From positions 55,710-119,709 of the forward strand of contig QPMI01000489.1 in assembly GCA_004431415.1 (NCBI GenBank): a stretch of DNA of 64,000 nucleotides. Reading direction: 5' to 3'. Shown here one piece after another: positions 46,097-56,688 of the stretch. A program made the translations under genes and the position numbers. Numbering within the stretch: the first letter of the stretch is position 1; each line of letters begins with the position of its first letter. The notes beneath the pieces are model-generated. The model did not search any database, was not told the DNA's origin, and saw only the letters and a list, made by a program, of their open reading frames with translations. This DNA is from Cyanophora paradoxa CCMP329. Lineage: Eukaryota; Plantae; Glaucophyta.

Positions 46097-49000
46097 ATGA
46101 GTATCACGAATCTCCCCTTTATCACTCGGGAAACCTTGTATTTGGATGACGGTTTCGAGCTCAGCAGTAACATTACCGCTTCCAATGTGACCATATCTTC
46201 GAACCTTGTGGTAAAAGACTTTCTATTAAATCAGAGCAACCTTCAATATATTGATATCACCAGCAATCTCCCTTTTACCTATGGCACTGATAACTCAGCC
46301 CTCGTTATCTATCATGGGGGCTCGCCTGTTGCATTCTTTGGCAGCAATTTCCCCACAGTGCGAACCTTTCAGCACGAAATCAATAAAGCCCGCCCCATCC
46401 CACTGACAGCTGTCGTCGAATGGGATCCTGTTAAATATTCGCAGAGCATCACAAGCAATATCACACTCACTCGACCACATTTAATTGAGGTCATGGGGGT
46501 CGACCTTGTAAAGGAGTTTTATAGTGAGCGATTCACAAGAAACGAGCGAGATGTAGCCCAGGATCTCGAAATCTCGGGTTTATCAATTGCTACCGCAGCA
46601 AACACGGCAGGGCTCGCTGTTTTAACAGGTGCAATCACCATCACTGATGCGATCATGTATTTATCCCGCGATTTGGTGCCTTTGCTCGATCATCAGTTTA
46701 ATCTCGGGCAGTCTAACACTGATGCTGTTAAGAAATGGCTGAATGTGTATGCCTATGATGGGTGGTTTGATGACTTGCACACGACTAACCTTTATAGCAC
46801 GACCTCAAAAACAAGTAACATAATCTTGCCTTTCAATCACTCAGTCCGACCCAGTGATTTACCCACTGATGAGAGAGCTCTGATCAGCTATAACGACTTT
46901 AACAGCAATCTTTCCCGCTCAGTTTCGCGGACTGAGACCTACACTGTCGAGGGATACCCTCAGCAGCTCGCAAATGGGGTCTATGTCGCTTATGTAGGCA
47001 AACCTACATATACATTCACTTGGGATCAGTTGGGTGTCACAGGTTTGGAGAGTATACCCACTGTTTCATTGGTGGATCACACAACTTATTATAATCCTAT
47101 CACTAACAATAATGAATCTAATAAAGCGTTTATCCAAAATGTCACCTCCACAGGGTTTCAGGTCTCGTTTGTCATTAACGAGACATACAATTTACTTATC
47201 ATCCGAAACAACTCATTGAGTTCCGAAGCTACTATTAGTTTCACTCTCACCATCAATTACATTAGCCCTGTATTCGATAGCAAACCCAGAGTAAAGGTTT
47301 ACCGAGATTTACAAGGTAGCAATATCGTGCCCTTCTCACAGAATTTCGATCTTGGGGCGAATTCTTTAAGGTGGAACACAGTTTATACTTTGAGTGCAAA
47401 CACCTGTAATATTGTGGTCGCAGGATCATCGGCTACTATTGGAGAATTGACCGCCCCTTTTAGAAAGGAGTTTCTCAAAGAACTGTATATAACGAAGTCT
47501 GATTTACCAGATGCTATTTCGTTGGTGCTCTCCCCAACTCCCAGTATATCCTATCACAATGTGAAAGACACCAGTAATGTAGTGCAGAGGGGAAGCAAAG
47601 TATTCCAGGCATCCGAGATATCAGCAACAACATATAGATACCTTGCAGCGGTTCCAGCGAATTTTAATTTCACATTTGAGACACCATTTGTTTCCCCTCC
47701 TACTATTGAAATAACTGACACGAATTTGTATGTGGTAAATGATGGGTCAGCTACATCACTTCAAAATGCACCAGCCGGCTACTCTCCATTTGTCGCAACA
47801 AATATAACAACAACCGGCTTTACACTTGTCGGAAATGCAACAGTGACATATGCTCTGACAGCATATCCTGTTGGGTTGTATTTTGCGAAATTTAATCTTT
47901 CAGCGATCCCACCTGTGTCCCTTTCTCCTCCCTTTACTATAAGTTGGAAGGCAACAGGAACTATTCCGCGATTCGACCCCGAAGACCGCTTGAAAATTAG
48001 GTATCCTCTCGATGTGACCGACCTTCATACTACGAGAATCAATGGGCAGAATTTCGTATTTAATGGAACCAATGCAACTCTGATCGATAATCGAGTAACG
48101 AATAATTACTTTTTCGATTCTCGATATATTAATACTTGCAATATTGTCATACAGAACACGTTTGAGAATCGAAGTAAGACCTTATCAGTCACCTTGCCCA
48201 CTCACTCGAATGTCTCAGATGGATTTCACTATTATCTTTTCAATCGCAATTACACCTCATATATTCCATACCCTTCTGAGACTGTCAACATGAGCTATCC
48301 CAGAGTCACCCTTACATCGACCAATGCTGACTTCTTTGGATCCACGGACTTTATGACCTTCTTTGCTTTCACATCCTCTACTGATGGGCTCTTAGTTTAT
48401 TACACTTTCAAATCTGATACTGTTGCTACCCAGATTGAAAGCCACCCAAACACTGATATTATCACAGTAGGCGATAAGAAATATATAAAAACCGCTTCCC
48501 CATGGGTTTGCACTGTCCGGCTCGATGACAGATACACTCCTAACCTAAATAGCATTGGAATGCACTCGACATGCAATATTTATGTGCAAGGTGCAATTTC
48601 AGCTTCAAAGTACTTTGAGGGTGGGAACTGTGATGCAGCCCATAGGTTGCTATCGAGAAATGGACTCTTTGAGTCATTTAGTGGGACAGCTCTACCGCCA
48701 TTCATCAGGGACACAGTCTATGATACAACATGCAATATTTGGGTGTGCCGATCTGTGATCAATCCACCTGTAACACAGGAATTATACAGTTACCTCGCGA
48801 ATAAGTATGGGGCAATCACAGGGTCTTCAACAGGAAATCCAGCAACAGCTCCTATCGTGTTTGCAAATGCATACACAGCGCCAACCTCATTGGCAGGGTC
48901 GACAGAACCGCCACCAAACGATCCCAATCCGAACCAGCCTAACCCAGATCCCGATTCAAAAGATCCCCCTACAACTGATCCAGATCCAAACACGACACCT

Positions 49001-49420
49001 AATAATCCCACTAATCCTACAAATCCAGTCGGAGCACCCGGAATGGATCCAGGAACGTTAGTGCTTCTCATTCTCTTGCCGATTCTCGGTGCTCTTGGAC
49101 TTGTGCTTGCATACAAATTCCGAGCTTTATGTTGTGCTTGCATAGACAGAACCATTGCAGGTGCAGGTAATAAATACTCGGTGCCAGAAATGAATGTGAC
49201 CCAAACAGCCGAAGGAGATGTGGGGTTAGAGGTGAGGTCAGCCGAGGGGCATGGTCTTAGTGTTGTGAGAACTGATCAACCACCAGCAAGTAGGGCAGCA
49301 CCCAAAAAATCGCGAGCAGAACGAATGGCTGAATCAATAATAAAAGATAATGCAGACTTTATGGCGGAAATTGCACAACGAGAGGGCAGAACATACGAGC
49401 TTCTCCCAATGCGACCCTAA
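46097..49420 (+). CDS. Large fibre/spike-like protein with Pro/Asn stalk and C-terminal transmembrane helix
   Basis: Thr/Ser/Asn-rich; fibre-like repeats LVP..FNLG..KW..VY and IVP..FDLG..RWNTVY; PNDPNPNQPNPDP stalk; TLVLLILLPILGALGLVLAY. Confidence 0.7.
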   Translation: MSITNLPFITRETLYLDDGFELSSNITASNVTISSNLVVKDFLLNQSNLQYIDITSNLPFTYGTDNSALVIYHGGSPVAFFGSNFPTVRTFQHEINKARPIPLTAVVEWDPVKYSQSITSNITLTRPHLIEVMGVDLVKEFYSERFTRNERDVAQDLEISGLSIATAANTAGLAVLTGAITITDAIMYLSRDLVPLLDHQFNLGQSNTDAVKKWLNVYAYDGWFDDLHTTNLYSTTSKTSNIILPFNHSVRPSDLPTDERALISYNDFNSNLSRSVSRTETYTVEGYPQQLANGVYVAYVGKPTYTFTWDQLGVTGLESIPTVSLVDHTTYYNPITNNNESNKAFIQNVTSTGFQVSFVINETYNLLIIRNNSLSSEATISFTLTINYISPVFDSKPRVKVYRDLQGSNIVPFSQNFDLGANSLRWNTVYTLSANTCNIVVAGSSATIGELTAPFRKEFLKELYITKSDLPDAISLVLSPTPSISYHNVKDTSNVVQRGSKVFQASEISATTYRYLAAVPANFNFTFETPFVSPPTIEITDTNLYVVNDGSATSLQNAPAGYSPFVATNITTTGFTLVGNATVTYALTAYPVGLYFAKFNLSAIPPVSLSPPFTISWKATGTIPRFDPEDRLKIRYPLDVTDLHTTRINGQNFVFNGTNATLIDNRVTNNYFFDSRYINTCNIVIQNTFENRSKTLSVTLPTHSNVSDGFHYYLFNRNYTSYIPYPSETVNMSYPRVTLTSTNADFFGSTDFMTFFAFTSSTDGLLVYYTFKSDTVATQIESHPNTDIITVGDKKYIKTASPWVCTVRLDDRYTPNLNSIGMHSTCNIYVQGAISASKYFEGGNCDAAHRLLSRNGLFESFSGTALPPFIRDTVYDTTCNIWVCRSVINPPVTQELYSYLANKYGAITGSSTGNPATAPIVFANAYTAPTSLAGSTEPPPNDPNPNQPNPDPDSKDPPTTDPDPNTTPNNPTNPTNPVGAPGMDPGTLVLLILLPILGALGLVLAYKFRALCCACIDRTIAGAGNKYSVPEMNVTQTAEGDVGLEVRSAEGHGLSVVRTDQPPASRAAPKKSRAERMAESIIKDNADFMAEIAQREGRTYELLPMRP

Positions 49421-49449
49421 TTTTTGTAGTATGCCTTAATAGAGAAATA

Positions 49450-50912
49450 ATGACGGAACCCATAGTAGAAACGACAGTAAAGAATGCTGTATTGGATAAT
49501 CAATTTTATATAACCCATGGCAATATACCCAGTGAATCCAATGACCTAATTGTTAATCTAAAAGGCTATGTGATGGGAGCTATGGCTTCTAACCTATGGA
49601 ATGACCTTTTCGGTTACGAGTTTGGTCACATCTATGACATTGCAAATGGGATCGGCTATGTGGATGCAATGGCAGGCACAGCCTTTCGCAATTTAAATTG
49701 CAACTGTGTGGGTGGGTGGATGTTTCAGATCTGTTCAAATGTCGATCCTACTATTGATCCCGCCACTGTGACCTTTGATTGCAATCTGTATGCCCCAAAA
49801 CCATTTTTTCTATCACTTGCAATCTCGTTAATTCGGATGTGCCCATAGTAGCACCTGTAATAGGTGCATCAAATATGTATATCCAAAGAAATCCGGTCGT
49901 GCATACAGGCGCCGAATTTATATTAGGCGACAACACCCCAATTAGTCGACTCGAATTGCCCACGAATTTCACCTTTAATCTCGTGGATGAGTTCCCTAAC
50001 AGTCAAAGTCTCATGTATTTCACCTCTGAAAATCGCCTTTCGGGTGCATTCTCGCCCATCGAGCTCTCTATACCGAAGCAAAAGGTGAGCTATAAAGAGC
50101 TTACAGATGTGCCGGCGGGTTTTAGTGGGAAGTGGAGTGATATCATTCAGAAGCCGACTTGGAGTAGTGTAGCATACACAGGAAATTACTATGATTTAGT
50201 AGGAACTCCCGATTTCACAAGCTATATACCTCGTTGGATCGATCAAGGTGTAATTATATCAGAATCTACACTCCCTTTCAATGGGACATGGGATAGGTTA
50301 TTTACTAAGCCGAATTTGCATGCTGTTGCCACAAGTGGTGACTACAACGATTTAACTAACACCCCCAATGCACCGACCTTGCATGCTGTGGCTACAAGTG
50401 GGAGCTATACAGATTTAGTTAATACACCTAACCTCCACGCTGTGGCTACAAGTGGAAATTATGATGATCTGATTAACACACCTACTTCGCCACCCACTCA
50501 CAATCACAGCATAGAGTTGCTCACGAATTTCGGTAGTTATGTGAATCCAAATGCATATGTGCAACAAGGGACAGCGAATGTAGTTTTGGAAAATAGAATA
50601 TACAATGCAGGAGAGACCTTTCAGTTATCGGGAACGGTCGTATTCTCTACCCCATTTTATAGTGATGCAGTGATTACTACCTCTATCGAGAATAGCTACA
50701 ACTCTGTTAATTGGGAAATGACCAACTGTGTGTATATCGGACCTGAGTATGTTAATAATGAGAGAGTAGGACTAAAAACTAAGTTTACATGGATCGTTAG
50801 ATTCACAGCTTTCGCATCGACTAATTTCACAAATGTCACAGCAGCAAATCGCACCCTTAAACTCCATTGGATTGCTGTCGGACCTCTCCAAAACAATAAT
50901 ATTCTCACATAA
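49450..50912 (+). CDS. Tail-fibre-like protein; frameshift at ~49795
   Basis: Repeats LHAVATSG(D/S/N)Y.DL.NTP typical of phage-type fibre shafts. Confidence 0.7.
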
Positions 50913-50933
50913 TAAGTAAAGAACAATCAAAAG

Positions 50934-51934
50934 ATGTCGACTGTATTCACACCTGTGTTTTCCTTATCAGCCAGTGCTGTCCATAATGTGCAACACACAG
51001 TCTATGATTTATCTCCGAGCCACCCTTCGACTGAGACAGCGAAAACCGATTCTTTTAATGACCAAAGCATACTCAGAGTCAAAGAACTCAGAGCTGACAA
51101 GATTGATGGACTCGTTAAAGCTACTCAAATGATCGTATCGAATCGACCCGCAATCTCTTCGGGGCTGGTCACCAAAGAAAATCTATATGAAGGTCAACAG
51201 GATTCCAAAACGGCTTTTAATCCGGCTGATAGGAATTCGGCGGCTTTCCAAGTTTACAGTGGCGGGGCATGGATTGGGACTGGATTGGGAGTGAATGGGA
51301 ATGCGACAATTACAGGAAGCCTTACAGCTGGATCATTTGAAACAGTTAAAACGACGACTATTGATTCTGGGGCGAACACAGAATTAGTAATTAAGCGAAA
51401 CAATGAGAATATCGCTTCCACATTTGTAAACAGCTTCACCAATTCAACAAGTGGGGCAGTTGCTGGAACTTACAGCTGGAAAGGTCTTACAGTCAATGGG
51501 ACAAACTCTTATCTTGGGACTCCAAACCATCCTCGATTTTGCTATGGATTAAATACAACAGTAACATCAGCTGCAATTATCAACGCATGGGGCATATCAT
51601 TTTAGGATCAACATCATTTTCGAATGGAGTATTCACAGCACCCATAGGAGGACATTACAGGTTCGTTTTCACAGCAATGACATCAAGATATGATACAGGA
51701 AACACACATGTTATTTTACAAGTAAATGGTGCAGATACAGCAGTGAATGCATTAGTAGGTGTTGTAACTAATGCAGATGAATATAGAAGATATCGCTGTC
51801 TCGGTTTCAACACTATTCAATCACTTAGTGCAGGTGATAGTGTGCGACTCAGATTAGCATTGGGTAGTCAGCTTTATGGTGATGCAAGCACTGCATTTTG
51901 TCAATGGTCAGGTGAATTAATTTCGGCAATATAA
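50934..51934 (+). CDS. Fibre protein with C-terminal gC1q-like head; frameshift at ~51537
   Basis: FSNGVFTAPIGGHYRF..LQVNG..LSAGDSVRL..WSGELI matches the C1q globular-domain pattern. Confidence 0.72.
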
Positions 51935-51942
51935 GTAAAAGA

Positions 51943-52206
51943 ATGTCGAACATCTACCAAGTGGTTCTAACTGATACTGAAAAACTCGGAATGGAATACT
52001 GTGCCTACTCTGTTCAGGATTGGATCGATAATGCTGCTCATAATAGGGCGAGAATCGCGATTGATGAGATTGTGGACAAAGAAGTTAAATCGTGTATTGC
52101 TGCTGGAATTCCGATTCCACTCACAAAGGAAGCGATTGTAGAGCAAGCGTTTAATCGGGGGACTGTTCGAAAGGCAAGCGAAATTCCTGTGAGTGCTCCT
52201 ATGTAA
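51943..52206 (+). CDS. Small phage-type protein of the kind found after C1q fibre genes (possible assembly chaperone)
   Basis: LTDTEK..MEY.A..VQDWIDNA.HNRARIAIDEIV..IP.TKEAIV; recognised from memory of phage proteins. Confidence 0.6.
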   Translation: MSNIYQVVLTDTEKLGMEYCAYSVQDWIDNAAHNRARIAIDEIVDKEVKSCIAAGIPIPLTKEAIVEQAFNRGTVRKASEIPVSAPM

Positions 52207-52253
52207 AGAGAGATGGGTTTATTGTTATTTTTCATAGATCATGCATAAGAAAG

Positions 52254-53719
52254 GCATGTATCTTGCATAGTGGGCGGGGCGCACTTATCCCCTTCGTATC
52301 CACTTCGTATCCACTTCATATCCACTTTGTGTTCACTAAATTATATCGCACTGATTCAGTTTGCATTTTGCCCCCACCCTACACCCCACCCTATACTACA
52401 ATCTCGTTATTTCTATACATATTTACTATCTAATTTAATAGAGTTTATACATTGAAATAAGTGAGGTGTATCGATAAGTAATACAGGGTGGGGAGGGTGG
52501 GGTTGGGTGGGGTCTTTTTTGCCCAAAAATATTTGACCCCCAAAAATTTAAGGGATTCAAAAAAATGCCCCACCTCACCCCACTTACCCCACCCTATCGA
52601 AGTCCGCACGATATCATAGTAGGCTACATCGGGATTGCGATCATATCACAGTGTATACAGTGAGGGTGGTGCCCCACTTTCTCACCCCACCCTATCGATT
52701 CGCGATTCAGGGATCGCGAAATATACAGCACATGATACTTGTTTTTCTTAGTGATCGCGCCGTTCTAATACGATCTGAATATATCATATCTCGTCGGTAT
52801 CACGTCGGTTCAATATCGTAATTATTAAATGGTTGGCTGATACCACTTTCACACCCCACCCTCACACCCCACCCGGTATTAATTTAACATACATAATCTC
52901 TATACTTTATACATTAATTACATTGAAATCAATCATAAATATAATAAAAGATACAGGGTGGGGTAAGTGGGGTTGGGTGGGGTCTTTTTTGACCAAGAAT
53001 TTTTGAGGGGGAATTATTTTAGGGAATTCAAAAAAATGCCCCACCTCACCCCACCCGCCCCACCCTATCGAAGTTATCGAAGTCCGATAAGTATCAAACC
53101 GGAAGTAAAAATAACACATCATGATTTTATGTGTGCCATCTTAGATTGGACTACCATACCGATACCACTCACACCCCACCCTCACACCCCACCCAGTATT
53201 AATTTAACATACTCAATCATACATATTTATATTTAAATTACAGTGAAATCAATCATAGATAAAGAGAATAATACAGGGTGGGGTAAGTGGGGTTGGGTGG
53301 GGTCTTTTTTGACCAAGAATTTTTGGGAGTGAAACATTTTAGGGAATTCAAAAAAATGCCCCACCTCACCCCACCCGCCCCACCCTATCGAAGCTACGTA
53401 GGTGATACACATGACTATATGAGGCGCGTCCCAAGCAGCACATTGTAGTTGTTTTAGATACACATCGCGCATCGTAAACACATATCGGCTATATCGCGAT
53501 TACATATTATATATACATATTTTACAAAGATTCCACGATACTTATATTATTTTTATTGATTCATTTACGAACTACCGATAGAATACATATCACATATCGA
53601 TATACACTATGATAAAAATGCTAATATCTTTATATAACTTATAGTAACACACATATAAAAACAAATATTATTATCCTGAGCGGAACGCGAGGGATAATAA
53701 TATTTGTTTTTATATGTGT
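52254..53719 (-). repeat. Right TIR of element B
   Basis: Inverted copy of 35834-37298; terminal hairpin at 53649-53719. Confidence 0.95.
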
Positions 53720-54316
53720 ACCAGCTCGCCATAGCTCATCTCGCACCAGCTTGTTCTCGTGCAAAAGATCAAGGAATCGTTTGAAAATGGCGCTCGAGCT
53801 CGAAACTGAGCTAGCTGCAGCTACAGCATCCGCCGCGGGATTCGAGTTCCAAGCCGAGGTGCAAGTGTCCGTCGCAAGATCATGAGCGCCGCCGTCCGGA
53901 ATCGACCGAAGAGCCGCCGCGCCAGTGCCGCTATCGAATTGAAGCTCGAGCGCTCCAGATGAGCCGAGAACCCAGGCTGCAAAGGCACAGACCTCTTGGT
54001 TTTGAACGACGTAAGCAACTCGCAGCTGCGGGCTATTCGACACAGGCCGAGAGAACGTGAGGCCTCCGTATTTATCCACGTACGCGCGAGCAGCCGCACA
54101 GCTCGTCTCGTCGCCGGCTCCCGAAAAGCAGCTGGGTGTAATTCCAGGCGGGTGGGCAATGCATACGACGGCGCCCAGCACCGGGCTCCAGCTCTTGGTA
54201 ACAGAGACGAGAGGGAAGCGAAGCAAGAAGGTGGCCTCTTCGTCGCTAAAGCTGATGGTCTGAACACCTGGAAGGCGCGAGAGGAGCTCGTCGCTGCACA
54301 CGCTGGCCGGCGCCAT
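53720..54316 (-). pseudogene. N-terminal piece (199 codons) of the interrupted UL9-like helicase
   Basis: Starts at ATG 54316; ELWRAG joins QALRISID at 35827 in frame across the ACCAGC TSD. Confidence 0.85.
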
Positions 54317-54407
54317 TCCTACGATGTCCTGTGCTCAGAATTTTTTGGGGTTGCACTGCAAGGCTCGGGGGCTTCGAATGAGTTCGCTCGCCCACTTGCA
54401 CCTGCAG

Positions 54408-54458
54408 CTGTCCGGACCCTCCCTAGAATCATATAGATTATCGGAAAGGTCCGGACAG
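54408..54458 (-). repeat. Third (inverted) copy of the GTCCGGACC palindrome
   Basis: Reverse complement closely matches 21621-21671. Confidence 0.85.
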
Positions 54459-54552
54459 TACCGTCGTCCGTCCAATAAGAAGAAAAGCTGGGATGGCTGT
54501 TGCTGTCTGGCTGTAGTTTGGAAATTTGTAGGACGGCCGTATAGGCTAGCAC

Positions 54553-54853
54553 TGTTACACGACTTCGTCTGTCTGTTACACAGAATTTGAGGCTGTGTTA
54601 CACAATTACGTCGGACTGTTACACAAGAGTCTAGCTTCTGTTACACAGATCTCAAGCGTATGTTACACAGTTTTGTATGGGAAGGGACTCGTCCGACGAC
54701 TTCAGAAGTAAAATTGAAGGATGGATCTGGGGCCTTCACACGTGGATCTGTGTAACACGCGTGGATCTAGCTGTGAGAGACGGGGCGGCAGGCGGGGGCC
54801 CGTGTAACACAGCCGCGGGCCCTGTGTAACAGTCGGACGAGGGGCGTGTAACA
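54553..54853. promoter_or_regulatory. Phased iteron-like array (TGTTACAC x6, then inverted GTGTAACA x4): candidate replication origin
   Basis: Direct copies at 54553, 54574, 54596, 54617, 54639, 54661; inverted copies at 54750, 54802, 54824, 54846; period 21-22 bp. The repeats are certain; the function is inferred. Confidence 0.65.
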
Positions 54854-56688
54854 GGCCTGGGCCTGACCTCGGCCTAGCTAGCACTCACTCAACCGGACCC
54901 CGTTGAGCGCCCTAGCCTAATAGGGTACAGGCCCGGCAGGTGGAGGGGGAGCCGGCCTAGTCCCGTCGGTCCTGGGCTCGAGCTCCAGTCTCTAGGCCCG
55001 GCGCCGCCGGCGGCCGCAGTGCTAGCTAGCCTGGGTTTAGAAATTTGTGGGACGGCCGTGTGCATCCACGTGTTCGAGGGTGATTGGTCGACAAAAAAAC
55101 GTGTCTGAGCTTCAGAGTCTGACGGTCCACGAACCGCCGGTGGCTACTAGTACGGTACGTAGTAGTGCTAGCTGCGCTGGTACTACCGGTACCGGCGGTA
55201 CGTACGGCAGGCGTTGGTACTACTAGGTTACTCGGTACTAGAGTCGGTAGCTAGCTGCCAGTAGTAGCTGGCCCACCCAGGCCCGGTGGTCTAGTGGCTA
55301 GTAGTGGGCTAGTACTAGGCTGTGCTAGGCCGCTGCGGCCCGCCGGGCTGCTAGGCTGTGCCAGCTATAGCCGCTGAGCGGCCTAGCACCGAACTACGGT
55401 GCTACGGTAGTGCGGTGCACAGTGCAGCGCCGGTAGCCGCGCGCCTGCCAGAGTCCGGGAGTCCGCACTGCTCAGCCTGGCAGTGCTCGCTGAGCTCGGA
55501 GTCGGTGCTGTCGACCGTCGGAAGTCAGTCTCAGGGCCAGCTGCGCGCCGGGCCGACGCCTGCAGCGCTGCGCAACCGGTGCATTGCTGCGGCCTTGAGC
55601 TCTCTGCAGCTGCAGCCCGCTCGATTCGGCGAGCTTGCAGAGGCCAGCGCGTGTCGTAGCCTCGTAGACTGCCCGTAGAGGCATTGCACCGGAACCGTAC
55701 GCACTGTGACGAGAGCCGTGCATCGTGGCCCGAGCAGCCCCATGTCGACGCGGCTGCCTCGCCCGTGTACGAGTGTACGTGCGCCCCCGGCCCGGCCCGC
55801 GTCCCGAGTCCCGAGCCACGCAGCCTACGCCTTCTAGCTGCCGGCGCGGCCCCGATTGGAGGCTCTCTCGACGCCCGACTGACGCCGCCTTGCGCAGGCC
55901 CGATCGCCGCGGCCGCCGGCCTTCGGAGCTCTCCGAGTCTGACCAGCGCTCGAGCTCTCCCGACCCGCGGTCTCTTCAGGTGCGCGCCCGCTGTTCTCGC
56001 CCCGCGCTCGCTCTTGCGGTGCTGTACTAGCCGCGCTGAACCGCTCCGGAGCCGCGGCCCGTTGCTCCGGCCCTCGGCTGAAACTCGGGCCTCGCAGTGC
56101 AGGTGCACCCGAGAGTCTGGTCCTGCGCATCCCGGGGGCCCGCGCTTGCAAGCTGCGCACGTCCCACGTGCTCTAGATACGCTCTAGCGTTCCAGCGCGC
56201 TGGCCCGGCGCTCCCGGGCCCCGATTTCGGCTCCGCCCCCCGCGCCCCCGACCTCTTCGCCCGCCTAGCTAAGGCCCGCCCGCCGGCGCCTGGCCCGGAT
56301 CTCTGCTCAGCGCGACGCAGGGCCCATGGGGCGGGAGGCCGCCGCTGGCCCAGCGGTCAGGGCGCCGTCCTTGGCCCCGGTGAGTGCGCCCGCCGCCTGC
56401 CTTGACCCCCGACCTGAGCCCCTTTTGCAGGGCGCTGGGCTCTCCAATCGCGCCACTCGCCCTTTCCTGCCCCGCCCCGCCACGCCCGCCCCGCCTCGTG
56501 TGCGCTATAGCTAGCTAACCCTGCCCCGCGCCGCAGAGGGTTCGTAGCGGAGGGCTCGCAGGCTGCGGCGCCAGTGCTCAAGACGGAGCCCGAGCCCTGC
56601 AGACGCAGACGTCGAGATGGCGGAGGCCAAGGCGCCCGGCTCCCCTGCCCCTCGCTCGAGTCACTGTGTTTTTTCAAGGCCACTCAAA

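Larger units (their letters stand above)
35834..53719 (-). mobile_element. Element B: integrated Polinton-like/virophage-like virus, 17,886 bp, no recognisable replicase
   Basis: TSD ACCAGC at 35828-35833 and 53720-53725; ends ACAC...GTGT; near-identical ~1.46-kb TIRs; integrase, ATPase remnant, MCP, pentons, fibres. Confidence 0.95.

Noticed and set aside
23194-53719. Inserts as introns or inteins spliced out of the helicase
   Set aside because: They have TIRs, TSDs and integrases, lack splice or intein signatures, and A's duplication would not preserve the frame.
53720-54316. Primase-polymerase domain at the helicase N-terminus
   Set aside because: No DxD/His catalytic motifs recognisable; left unassigned.
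54553-54853. Mini-CRISPR-like array
   Set aside because: Repeats are only 8 bp with 13-14 bp spacers, they switch orientation and there are no cas genes; phased binding sites fit better.
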